Shown piece after piece: positions 28,001 through 41,100 of a stretch of DNA of 64,000 nucleotides (positions are counted from its first letter, which is position 1; the number at the start of each line of letters is the position of its first letter). A program made the position numbers and the translations under genes. This DNA comes from Anaeramoeba ignava BMAN (taxonomy: Eukaryota > Protista > Anaeramoebae): positions 124,001 through 188,000 of the forward strand of contig JAPDFW010000147.1 in the NCBI GenBank assembly GCA_028826165.1, in the 5' to 3' direction. The notes beneath the pieces are model-generated. The model ran no database searches. It was given only the letters and a program-made list of their open reading frames with translations, and was not told the DNA's origin.

Positions 28001-31000
28001 TAAAACGGAAAGAGATATATCTTCTAGCAGCAACACTTAGACCAGAAACAATGTATGGACAAACAAACTGTTGGGTTTCACCAAATTGTGACTACGATGT
28101 AATAGAAACGAAAACAGGGGAAACATACATATGCGCAAATCATACAACACTCAATTTAGCTTATCAAGATTACTTTGAAACACATGGAATCCCGAAAATT
28201 TTAAGCAAAATAAACGGTCACGAACTGATCGGGACGCCATTAGAATCGCCACTTTGCCAATACAAAACAATATTCGCACTTCCTTCGTTTTCTTTACAAC
28301 GCGATAAAGGAACAGGAATTGTGGCCAGTTGTCCTGGAGATGCGCCAGAAGATTTTATAATGCTTGAAGATTTGAGGAAAAATGAAGATTTAAGGAAAAA
28401 ATATAATTTAACGGACAAAATGGTTTTTGAATGTGAACCAAAATCAATCATTGATATTCCGGATTATAAGGAATGTTATGCTAAACAAGTGTGCAAAAGT
28501 TATGGTATTCAGAACCAAATGGAGCAGAAAAAAATAACACAAGCGAAGGATCTTCTTTATTCTAAAGAATATTATACTGGTCAAATGCTTGTTGGTTCTT
28601 ATCGAGGTCAGTTTGTCAGGGAAATGAGATCAAGGATTAAGGATGATCTTGTTAAATCTGGTCAGGCAATTATTTATAGTGAACCTGAAGCAAAAGTTAT
28701 TTCTCGTAGTGGTGATGTTTGTGTTGTTAGTTTGACTGATCAGTGGTATATTGATTATGGTAAATTAAAATCAAAATCAAAATCAAAATCAAAATCAAAA
28801 TCAAAATCAAAATCAAAATCAAAATCAAAATCAAAATTAAAATCAAATTCTAAATCAAAATTAAAATCAAAAATAAAAATCAAAATTAAAATTAAAATTA
28901 AAAATTAAAATTAAAATCAAAATCAAAATTAAAATCAAAATTAAATTCAAATTAAAATCAAAATCAAAAATTAAAATTAAAATCAAAATCAAAATCAAAA
29001 TCAAAATCAAAATCAAAATCAAAATCAAAATTAAAATCAAAATCAAAATTAAATTCAAATTAAAATCAAAATTAAAATCAAAAATTAAAATTAAAATTAA
29101 AATTAAAATTAAAATTTAAAATTAAAATTAAAATCAAAATTAAAATCAAAATCAAAATCAAAATCAAAATTAAAATCAAAATCAAAATTAAAATTAAAAT
29201 TAAAATCAAAATCAAAATTAAAATCAAAATCAAAAATCAAAATTAAAATCAAAATCAAAATCAAAATCAAAAATCAAAATCAAAATCAAAATCAAAATTA
29301 AAATTAAAATCAAAATCAAAAATAAAATTCAAATTCAAAATTAAAATCAAAATTAAAATCAAAATCAAAATCAAAATTAAAATTAAAATTAAAATCAAAA
29401 TCAAAATCAAAATCAAAATCAAAATTAAAATTAAAATCAAAATCAAATTTAAAATCAAAATTAAAATCAAAATTAAAATCAAAATCAAAATTAAAATTAA
29501 AATTAAAATCAAAATTAAAATCAAAATCTAAATTAAAATTAAAAATCAAATTCAAAATTAAAATCAAAATCAAAATCAAAATTAAAATCAAAATCAAATT
29601 AAAATCAAAATTAAAATTAAAATTAAAATTAAAATTAAAATCAAAATTAAAATCAAAATTAAAATCAAAATTAAAATCAAAATTAAATTAAAATCAAAAA
29701 TTAAAATCAAAATCAAAATCAAAATTAAAAAATTAAAATTAAAATTAAAAGGTGAAAATGATTGGAAACTTCAAGTATTTGATCACCTCAAAACAATGAA
29801 AACATACCACGAAGAATCAAGAAACTTTATTGAATCATCCTTATCATGGATCAAACAATGGGCATTTTCACGTTCATTTGGATTAGGAACACGAATTCCT
29901 TGGGATCCAAAATATCTAATTGATTCCTTATCAGATTCAACACTTTATATGGCTTTTTATACAATTTCTCATCTTCTTCAAGGAAATTTCGATGGATCCA
30001 AATTAGGAATTTTAAAAATCAAACCCGAACAAATGACAAAACAAGTTTGGGATTATATTTTATTAGGAAAAGAACTTCCAAAAAAATCCGAAATTCCTCG
30101 AAAAAGTTTTGAACTTTTAAAACGAGAGTTTGAGTTTTGGTATCCAAATGATTTAAGAGTTTCTGCAAAGGATCTTGTTAGAAATCACTTGATTTTTTGG
30201 TTAGCAAATCATGTTGCTATATTTCCAAAAGAAAAAAGACCAAAATCAGTTAGAATCAATGGACATTTAACTTATAATTCTCAAAAAATGGCAAAAAGTA
30301 CTGGAAATCTTATTCTATTAAATGATGCTATTGATCAATACTCTGCTGATGCAATTAGGTTTGTTCTTGCTGATTTAAGTGATACTCCTGAAGATGTTAA
30401 TTTCCTTCCAACTTCTGCTAATTCTGCTATTTTAAAATTAACAAGTCATCTTAAATGGACTAAAGTTTGTTAAACAAAATGCAATTTAAAATTTTAATTC
30501 AAATTTCAAAACCAAAAATTTTTTATTTTTTATTTTTTAGAAAATGTGTACTCATTTAAAAGATTTAAGAGATGGTCCACTTGAAAATTTTTTTGATAAA
30601 GTTTTTGAGAATCAACTTCATGATATTTTAACAACAACCAAAGAAAATTATCAAAAGTAGAAAAATATTCAAATATTTATTCAAATATTTATTCAAAAAT
30701 TTATTAAAATATTTATTTAAAAATTTATTCAAAAATTTATTCAAATATTTATTTAAATATTTATTTAAATATTTATTAAAATATTTATTCAAATATTTAT
30801 TCAAAAATTTATTTAAATATTTATTAAAATATTTATTTAAATATTTATTTAGATATTTATTCAAAAATTTATTCAAATATTTATTTAAATATTTATTTAA
30901 ATATTTATTCAAATATTTATTAAAAAATTTATTTAGATATTTATTCAAAAATTTATTCAAAAATTTATTTAAATATTTATTAAAATATTTATTTAAAAAT

Positions 31001-32209
31001 TTATTAAAAAATTTATTAAAATATTTATTTAAAAATTTATTTAAATATTTATTTAAATATTTATTCAAATATTTATTTAAAAATTTATTTAAATATTTAT
31101 TTAAATATTTATTCAAAAATTTATTCAAAAATTTATTCAAAAATTTATTCATAAATTTATTCAAAATATTTATTCATAAATTTATTAAAATATTTATTCA
31201 AATATTTATTTAATATTTATTTAAAAATTTATTAAAATATTTATTCATATATTTATTTAAATATTTATTTAAATATTTATTCATTCTTTAATTTAAAGTA
31301 TGCTTTATCGAGAAGCTCTTAAAAATGGATTTTTTAATTTACAAAATGCACGAGACAAATATCGAGCTAATGTAGGAGGAGATCTATTTATGCATCAAGA
31401 TTTAGTTCGACAATTTCTTAAAGCACAAATAACAACACTTTCACCAATTACTCCACATTTTTGTGAACATCTTTGGGGTATATTAGGAAACAAAACATCT
31501 ATGTTACAAGAACCATGGCCAATTGATAAATTTGTTGATCATTCTGTTTTATCTGCCAATGATTATATTGAAAGACTTATTTCTGAATCACAAAAAATTT
31601 TACGAACCATTTTTAAATCAAAAAAACATATTAATTTAAACACAAAAGAAACTCAACCAAAAGGTTGCATATTTTATATTCGTAGATCAAGAAAATCTTG
31701 GCAGAAAATTGTTTTGGAACAATTAAGAAAGATTTATGATTTGTATAAAAATCAATTTAAATTGAAACAAAAAGAAATTTTAAAACGTTTATGTAAATTT
31801 GATGAGTTGAAGGATATGACTTCTGTTATGATGCCTTATGTTACTTATATGAAAAAAGAAGCGATTAGAACAAAAGGAAGATTACTTGCAGATGATGTAA
31901 AAAAATCGGATAAAAAATTAAAATTAAAATTAAATTTAAAATTAAAATTAAAATTTAAAATTTAAAATTAAAATCAAATTAAAAATTAAAATTCGGATAA
32001 AAAATTAAAAATCGGATAAAAATTTAAAATATAAAAAGTTACCATTTAAGGAAAGAGATGTAATTTATCAATGTTCTGATTTAATTAAAAAGATTCTCCA
32101 TATTCAAGAATTTTCAGTTTTATATTATGATGAAGTTAAAGAAGATGAATTTTCTTCTTTAGTTGAAAAATCAGAAGTAGGACAACCTTCAGTCAGATTT
32201 TATTTTTAA
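25076..32209 (+). CDS. LARS1: Cytosolic (eukaryotic/archaeal-type) leucyl-tRNA synthetase; exons 25076-25087 (tentative), 26248-26471, 26555-27196, 27867-28759, 29752-30464, 30541-30656, 31299-31896, 32039-32209
   Basis: [15 protein letters not shown] (HIGH), [36 protein letters not shown] (CP1), [31 protein letters not shown]; GT-AG joins keep frame. Confidence 0.93.
25160..26200. repeat. Intronic (ATATAA)n microsatellite
   Basis: 6-nt periodicity in the first LeuRS intron. Confidence 0.85.
28762..29750. repeat. Intronic (AAAATC/AAAATT)n microsatellite
   Basis: 6-nt periodicity in a LeuRS intron. Confidence 0.85.
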
Positions 32210-32490
32210 AAATGAACAATTCCCATAAATTTTTTTTTTACTTTTTACTTTTTAATTCCAAAATTTGGATTTGATTTAAATCATTTCTTTTTTGAATTTA
32301 AAAACAATTTGAATTGATTTGATTCATTTTGTTTTTCTTTTTCTTTTTTCTTTTTCTTTTTCTTTTTCTTTTTCATCAAATAAAAAAAAAAATTCGTTAA
32401 TTTTTTAAATTAAATTTTTTAATTGATTTTTTTTTTTTCATTTTTCTATTTGTTTTTTATTTTCCAATTTTTAATTTTATTTTTTTTAAA

Positions 32491-35400
32491 ATGGTTTTTA
32501 TTAAAAAAATTATTATTCAAGGATTTAAAAGTTATAAGAATAAAACTGTTATTCAATCACTTTCTCCAAATCATAATATAATTGGTAAATTAAAAATTAA
32601 AAAATCAAAATTAAAATAAAATTTAAAATAAAGATTTAACGGTTTTTTTAAATTAAAAAAAAATTTAAGTTGGAAAAAATGGATCAGGAAAATGTCTTCA
32701 AATAAATACACCAGTTCTTATGTACAACGGAAAAATCAAAATGGTTCAAGATATTAAACCAAATGAAAAATTAATGGGAGAAGATTCTAAACCAAGAACT
32801 GTTCTTACAACAACATCAGGACATGGAAAACTCTTCAGAATAACCCCAAATTCATATAATGGTTCAGAACCGTTTGTTGTTAATGAACATCATATTTTAT
32901 CACTAGCTTATTCTTATTCTCCTTCCCAAAAATTCAATCACAAAATCATATTGATATTCAATTGAATGATTTTCTCAAACTCAATCAAAAAACCCAAAAA
33001 AATTATCTTTGTTACAAAACATCAATTGATTTCCCTTCAAAAAAAGTGGATCAAGATCCGTATTTAATGGGTTTTAACACAAAAACCCAAAATAATTATT
33101 CAAAATTATCCAAATCATATTTAATTAATGATAAATCAACAAGAATGAATTTTTTAGCTGGTTTTCTTGATTCAAATGGATTCATAACCCAAAAAAAATT
33201 CGATTCACAATTTTGTTATGAAATCAATTTTGTTTATGATCAAATTCCTCAAAATATTCCCATTTCAATCAAAAATATTCAATTTCTAGTCCGTTCATTG
33301 GGATTTGCAATTTATTCCAAAGAAACTAGTTTAAATGAAGGAGGTTATTGTTATTCTCTTCAAATTTTTGGTGAGAAAATTGATTCAATTCCTGTTAAAT
33401 TACTTGATAGACAAGTTTTTAGTTCTCAATCAAATTGTAAATATGATTATGACACTTTAACTTCAGATTTTACTATTGATTATATTGGTTATGGTGATTA
33501 TTATGGATTTGAACTTGATGGAAACGGTCGTTTTTTACTTGGTGATTTCACTGTAACTCACAATAGCAATTTTTTTCATGCAATTCGTTTTGTTATTTGT
33601 GATTTATTCCATCAAATGAATCAAATTGAAAAGAATGATCTTTTACATGTAATTTTATTTTGGAAAAAAAAATTTTCTTTTATTTTTAATATTATATTAG
33701 GAAGGAGCTGGTTATTCAGCTGTTTCAGCTTATGTAGAAATTGTTTTTGATAATAAAGATCGAAGATTTCCTGTAAAAAAAAAAAGCAATCAATCAAAAT
33801 TGATTTTCATTTTAATTGATTTTCATTTTAATTGATTTAAATTTAATTAGATTGATCTTGATGAATTCTCTTTAAGAAGAAGTATTGATTTGAAAAAAGA
33901 TGATTATTTTCTTAATCAAAAACATATTTCGTAAGATTAAAAATAAAAATGAAAATAAATTATTAAATAAATTATTAAATAAATTTTTAGAAAAAACGAA
34001 GCAATTAGTTTTTTAGAAAGTGCAGGATTTTCACAATCAAATACATATTATATTGTTCAACAAGGAAAAGTAAGATTTAAATATTAATTTTATTTTAAAT
34101 ATTAATTTTCATTTTAAATATTAATTTTCATTTTAAATATTAATTTTTATTTTAAATACTAATTTTTATTTTAAATATTAATTTTTAATTTAAATACTAA
34201 TTTTTATTTTAAATATTAATTTTTATTTTAAATATTAATTTTTATTTTAAATATTAATTTTTATTTTAAATATTAATTTTCATTTTAAATATTAATTGTC
34301 AATTTAAATATTAATTTTCATTTTAAATATTAATTTTCATTTTAAATATTAATTTTCATTTTAAATATTAATTTTCATTTTAAATATTAATTTTTTAAAT
34401 ATTTTCATTTTAAATATTAATTTTCATTTTAAATATTAATTTTCAATTTAAATATTAATTTTTATTTTAAATATTAATTTTCATTTTAAATATTAATTTT
34501 CATTTTAAATATTATTTTAAATATTAATTTTTTTAGGTTAATTCTTTAGCAACAATGAAAGACCAAGAAAGACTTGAATTATTCAAAGAAATTTCAGGTG
34601 TCCAAATTTATGAAGAAAAAAGAACAGAAAGTCTTTCAATGAACAAACAAGCTGAACAAAAACGTCAGAAAATCCAAGAAACACTAGAAAATATTGAACA
34701 AAGAATCAAAGAACTTGAATCAGAAAATCAAGAACTTCATGAATATCAAAAATTGGATCGCAAGAAAAGATCATTAGAATACGCAATATTTCAAAGGGAA
34801 CTCGAATATATCCAGAAAAAATTGAATACTTTGGATAAAAGACAACAATCGGAACAAAAAGAAACTTCAGAATTTTATCTAAAAGCAGAACATGGAAAAC
34901 AGAAAATAAAAGATTTGCAATACAAAATCAAGACCTTGCAAACAGAGGTTGATGGATTAGAACGCAAAATTAGGGATTCTAGAACAAACAGAGAAGATTT
35001 AATCAAGGAAAAAGTTATGGTTGAATTGGATGTCAATGAACTTGATAAAAGAATTGCTTTTGAAAATGAACGCAAAAAAGAAACTCAACAAAAATTAACC
35101 GCCATTCGTTCCGAATTGGAACAAGCAAGTAAAAAACTTTCCGAAATTGTTCCAAAATTCGAAAATGTCGATCAAGAAGAAAAAAATCTTAAACAACAGC
35201 TCAATTCATTTCAACATGAAATTTCAAGTTTGCAAATGAAACTTTCAGGAAAAAGTCAATTTTCTAATAAAAAAGAAAGAGATCAATGGATTAAGAAAGA
35301 AACCAATAAAATTAGTGAAATTATTGAAACGCAAACAAATCAATTAGAAAATTTGAACAAAGAAAACCAACAATTCAAAAATCAACTTCAAGATCAAACA

Positions 35401-37929
35401 ACTCAATCCAAAATGATTCAAAACACAATTTCTGAACGAAGAACAAGAATTGAAGAAATGGAAAAAACAATTAAGGAATTAATCCAAAAAAGAAACGAAC
35501 AAACAGATCAAAGAAAGTAAATTTAAACAAACAAAAAAAAAAATTCACCTTTTTTTGATCTTCTTTTTTTATTTTGATTGATAAACAGAGAACTTTGGAT
35601 TCAAAAAGAAAAAATTGAGCAAGAATTGATTAAATCATCAAATGATTTTACAAAAAACAAAACCCAACTTTATAGCACAATGAGTAAAGTCCTTTCTTCA
35701 GGACTCCAGGAGGTGGAAAGAATAGCACGAGAGGAATCGCTTCTTGTTCACGGACCTTTGATTGAGCTATTCCATTGCGACGAGGCTTATTTCACAGCAA
35801 TAGAAGTCGCATCTGGAAATAGTTTATTTCATATCGTTGTTGATAGTGATCAAATAACAACCCAAATTTTAAACAAAATGAAAACAGGACGAGTCTCCTT
35901 TCTTCCTTTGAACCGTCTTCAGAATTATCCTGTGGAGCCGATCGATACTTCAGATGCAAAAAATATGATGGATGTTCTTGAATTTGATCCGAAATTCCAA
36001 AAAGCATTTGAACACACATTCTCAAAACATTTGATCTGCAAAGATCTCGAAACAGCAATGGATTATTCCAAACGGTTCGGCAAGAACTGCATTACTCTTG
36101 ACGGTGATCAAGTCCTACGCAAAGGCGCTTTAACAGGAGGCTTTCATGACAAAAGAAAATCGAGATTGAAATCGATGCAAAGCATCAAATCTTGTCGAGA
36201 AAATGTCCAAAACTACCAGCAAAAACACCAAGAAGTCGTTGCGCAAATTGAGGAGATCGATCAAGAGATTACTCAAACACTGAGCGAGATCCATAAAATT
36301 CAGACCCAACAAGCTCAAGAAACTGCAACGTTAAAACACACTGAAATGGAACTCAATACAATCCAGTCTTCAATTCTCAATTTGAACAACACAATTTCAT
36401 CCAAAAGCGCACAGATTGAAAAGCTGGAGATGAATGTGAATCAAATGAAAGAGAAATCCAAGTCTCTTTTGGCTGAGATTGACTCTGAAATGAGCGAGAA
36501 ATTAAATTCTCAAGAAAAAAACAAGATGGAAGAATTACAATCAAAACTAACAGAGTTTGAAGAGAAGGCGAAGAGTATAAAAAAGAAGAGAATGCAAGTA
36601 AGAACAAAAAACATTTTCATTTCCAAATGATATCTTTATTAACAAATGATATTTTTATTATGATTATTTTTATTTTTATTTATTTTTTAGTTCCAAACTG
36701 AAAAAACAAAAATTGAAAACAGAAAAACCTTTCTTACAAAACAAAAACAACTTCTGAAAGCAGATCAACCAACAGATTTGCAATCACTTTCAAATGATCT
36801 TTCACGAGAAGCCGCAAATCTTGAAAGAATCAAACAAGCTCTTGAACAAGAAACATTACAATTAAAAGAAAATGAAAAACAAGTTGAACTAACAAAAGAA
36901 AAAATCAAAAAACAAACAAAAAAACTGAATCAGATCCAAGATTTGCAACAACTTCAATATCAACAAGATCTCGAAGATTCGGGACAATCAGATAGAATAA
37001 TAAGCAAAAGAATCGCGTTGTTAAAAATGGAAAAGATCATGAACAAAAGAAGCACTTTGAACAAGAAAAAAGAAGATTGCTTGAATAATATCCGCGAACT
37101 CGGGTTTTTGCCTTCAAAAGACTTCGAGAAACTCAAGGAAAAACCACAAAAACAACTGATGGAAATGTTTGAGAAATGCAACAAAAAACTGCAAGGCTAT
37201 CAACATGTCAACAAAAAAGCTCATCATCAATATTTGAGTTTCATGGATAAAAGAAAAGAACTTGTTCATCAAAAGAAAAAACTCGATCAAGAATATGAAT
37301 CAATTGAAACATTGATTTCTGACTTGGATCAAAAGAAAGACGAGGCAATCAAACGCTCAATTGAAATCATTAATAATCAATTCCAAGAAATTTTCAACGA
37401 ATTAGTTCCAAATGGAAAAGCTTTTCTTATTATGCAACGCAAAGATATTGAAAAAGAAGAACAAGACAACGAAGTATCCAAAAAATCTGGAATTGAAGAT
37501 ATTTCCAGTACAAGCGATCAAACAATCCCCAATGAGCCAACCGCCACTCTTAAGCAGTATTTCGGAATAGGGATTCGAGTCACTTTTGACAAAGAATCCA
37601 AAGCACTTAAAAATCTTGAAGAGCTTTCAGGTGGGCAAAAAGCACTAGTTGCTCTAAGTTTGCTACTAGCAATCCAAAGAGCAGATCCCGCTCCGTTTTA
37701 TTTATTTGACGAAATTGACTCGGCTTTGGATCCTGGTCGAAGAAGAGATGTTTCTTTTTTGATCCAAAAAATGAGTGAAAATGCACAAGTTATCACCTCA
37801 ACTTTTAAGCCAGAATTGATCGGTATTGGTGACCAATTTTTCCATGTTTCTTACAAGAACCGTGTTTCTGTTATTTCCTCAATTTCAAAGGATCAAGCAA
37901 TTCAAATTATTTCTCAAACACAAAAATAA
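32491..37929 (+). CDS. SMC3: Cohesin subunit SMC3, intein-containing; exons 32491-32584, 32670-33648, 33701-33772, 33851-33930, 33991-34069, 34537-35516, 35589-36597, 36691-37929 (C-terminus may extend to 38092)
   Basis: [15 protein letters not shown]; [18 protein letters not shown]; Q-loop YYIVQQGKV; hinge [24 protein letters not shown]; signature LSGGQK; [15 protein letters not shown]. Confidence 0.95.
32693..33564 (+). mobile_element. Intein (~291 aa) with degenerate LAGLIDADG homing endonuclease in the SMC3 Walker A motif
   Basis: Starts at Cys1 ([13 protein letters not shown], block A); block [13 protein letters not shown]; LAGFLDSNG (block E); IQFLVRSLG (block H); block [18 protein letters not shown]; ends VTHN with +1 Ser; excision restores GKNGSGKSN. 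One base appears to be missing near 32930. Confidence 0.95.
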
Positions 37930-38169
37930 ACCAAAACAAAATGTTGAAAAACTCAAAAAGAAATTGGATTTTGATTCTGATGATCAAAATCAGAATAATG
38001 ATTTATTGAATGATAATCAAATGATAATTGAGAATGACAATATAAATTTTGAAATTGAAAAAGAAGAAAAAGATTCAACAAAAAAAGATTGAACAAGAAG
38101 AAAAAGAATATTATTATTTTTAAGGAATTTTTTCAAAAGGAAGATTTAATAAAAATATTTCCCATTTTC

Positions 38170-41100
38170 AAAATATTTTTAATTATTTATTATATTAATT
38201 TTAATTATTTATTAAAATATTTTTAATTATTTATTAATTCAATTTTAATTATAATAAAATATATTAAAAAAGTGGAATAAATATTTTAATAAATATAAAT
38301 ATTTAATTTAAATAATAATTAATAATAATTTAATTTAAAATTGTTTTATTTTAAAGTGAAATAATATTATTATTTATTATATTAATATTTTGGATTATTT
38401 ATTATTTCAATTTTAATTATAATAAAATATATCAAAAAGTGGAATAAATATTTTAATAAATATAAATAATTAATTTTAATAATAATTAATAATAATTTAA
38501 TTTGAAATTGTTTTATTTTAAAGTGAAATATTGATATTATTTATTATATTAATATTTTTAATTATTTATTATTTCAATTTTAATTATAATAAAATATATC
38601 AAAAAGTGGAATAAATATTTTAATAAATTTATTTATAAATTTAAATAATAATTAATAATAATTTATTTTAAAATTGTTTTATTTTAAATTGAAATATTGA
38701 TATTATTTATTATTTTAATATTTTTAATTATTTATTAATCCAATTTTAATTATAATAAAATATATTAAAAAGTGGAATAAATATTTTAATAAAGATAAAT
38801 ATTTAATTTAAATAATAATTAATAATAATTTAATTTAAAATTGTTTTATTTTAAATTGAAGTAATAATATTATTTATTATGTTAATATTTTTAATTATTT
38901 ATTATTTCAATTTTAATTATAATAAAATATATTAAAAAGTGGAATAAATATTTTAATAAATTTATTTATAAATTTAAATAATAATTAATAATAATTTAAT
39001 TTAAAATTGTTTTATTTTAAATTGAAATAATGATATTATTTATTATATTAATATTTTTAATTATTTATTATTTCAATTTTAATTATAATAAAATATATTA
39101 AAAAGTGGAATAAATATTTTAATAAATATAAATAATTAATTTAAATAATAATTAATAATAATTTAATTTAAAATTGTTTTATTTTAAAGTGAAATAATGA
39201 TATTATTTATTATATTAATATTTTTAATTATTTATTATTTCAATTTTAATTATAATAAAATATATTAAAAAGTGGAATAAATATTTTAATAAATATAAAT
39301 ATTTAATTTAAATAATACTTAATAATAATTTAATTTAAAATTGTTTTTATTTTAAATTGAAATAATGATATTATTTATTATATTAATATTTTTGATTATT
39401 TATTATTTCAATTTTAATTATAATAAAGTATATTAAAAAGTGGAATAAATATTTTAATAAAAATAAATAATTAATTTAAATAATAATTAATAATAATTTA
39501 ATTTAAAATTGTTTTATTTTTAAATTGAAATATTAATATTATTTATTATATTAATATTTTTAATTATTTATTATTTCAATTTTAATTATAATAAAATATA
39601 TCAAAAAGTGGAATAAATATTTTAATAAATTTATTTATAAATTTAAATAATAATTAATAATAATTTAATTTAAAATTGTTTTATTTTAAATTGAAATAAT
39701 GATATTATTTATTATATTAATATTTTTAATTATTTATTATTTCAATTTTAATTATAATAAAATATATCAAAAAGTGGAATAAATATTTTAATAAATTTAT
39801 TTATAAATTTTAATAATAATTAATAATAATTTAATTTAAAATTGTTTTATTTTAAATTGAAATATTGATATTATTTATTATATTAATATTTTTAATTATT
39901 TATTATTTCAATTTTAATTATAATAAAATATATCAAAAAGTGGAATAAATATTTTAATAAAAATAAATAATTAATTTTGATAATAATTAATAATAATTTA
40001 ATTTAAAATTGTTTTATTTTTAAATTAAAATATTAATATTATTTATTATATTAATATTTTGGATTATTTATTATTTCAATTTTAATTATAATAAAATATA
40101 TCAAAAAAGTGGAATAAATATTTTAATAAAAATAAATAATTAATTTAAATAATAATTAATAATAATTTAATTTAAAATTGTTTTATTTTAAATTGAAATA
40201 TTAATATTATTTATTATATTAATATTTTTAATTATTTATTATTTCAATTTTAATTATAATAAAATATATTAAAAAGTGGAATAAATATTTTAATAAAAAT
40301 AAATAATTAATTTTAATAATAATTAATAATAATTTAATTTAAAATTGTTTTATTTTAAATTGAAATAATATTATTATTTATTATATTAATATTTTTAATT
40401 ATTTATTATTTCAATTTTAATTATAATAAAATATATTAAAAAGTGGAATAAATATTTTAATAAAAATAAATAATTAATTTTAATAATAATTAATAATAAT
40501 TTAATTTGAAATTGTTTTATTTTAAATTGAAATAATGATATTATTTATTATATTAATATTTTTAATTACTTATTAATCCAATTTTAATTATAATAAAATA
40601 TATCAAAAAGTGGAATAAATATTTTAATAAAGATAAATAATTAATTTAAATAATAATAAATAATAATTTAATTTAAAATTGTTTTATTTTAAAGTGAAAT
40701 AATAATATTATTTATTATATTAATATTTTTGATTATTTATTATTTCAATTTTAATTATAATAAAATATATCAAAAAGTGGAATAAATATTTTAATAAATT
40801 TATTTAAAAATTTAAATAATAATTAATAATAATTTAATTTGAAATTTGTTTTATTTTAAATTGAAATAATATTATTATTTATTATATTAATATTTTTAAT
40901 TATTTATTAATTCAATTTTAATTATAATAAAATAAATCAAAAAGTGGAATAAATATTTTAATAAATATAAATAATTAATTTTTAATAATAATTAATAATA
41001 ATTTAATTTAAAATTGTTTTATTTTAAATTGAAATAATAATATTATTTATTATATTAATATTTTTAATTATTTATTATTCCAATTTTAATTATAATAAAG

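Noticed and set aside
30628-31164. 178-aa NKYL-repeat ORF
   Set aside because: Antisense reading of a 12-nt intronic repeat in LeuRS
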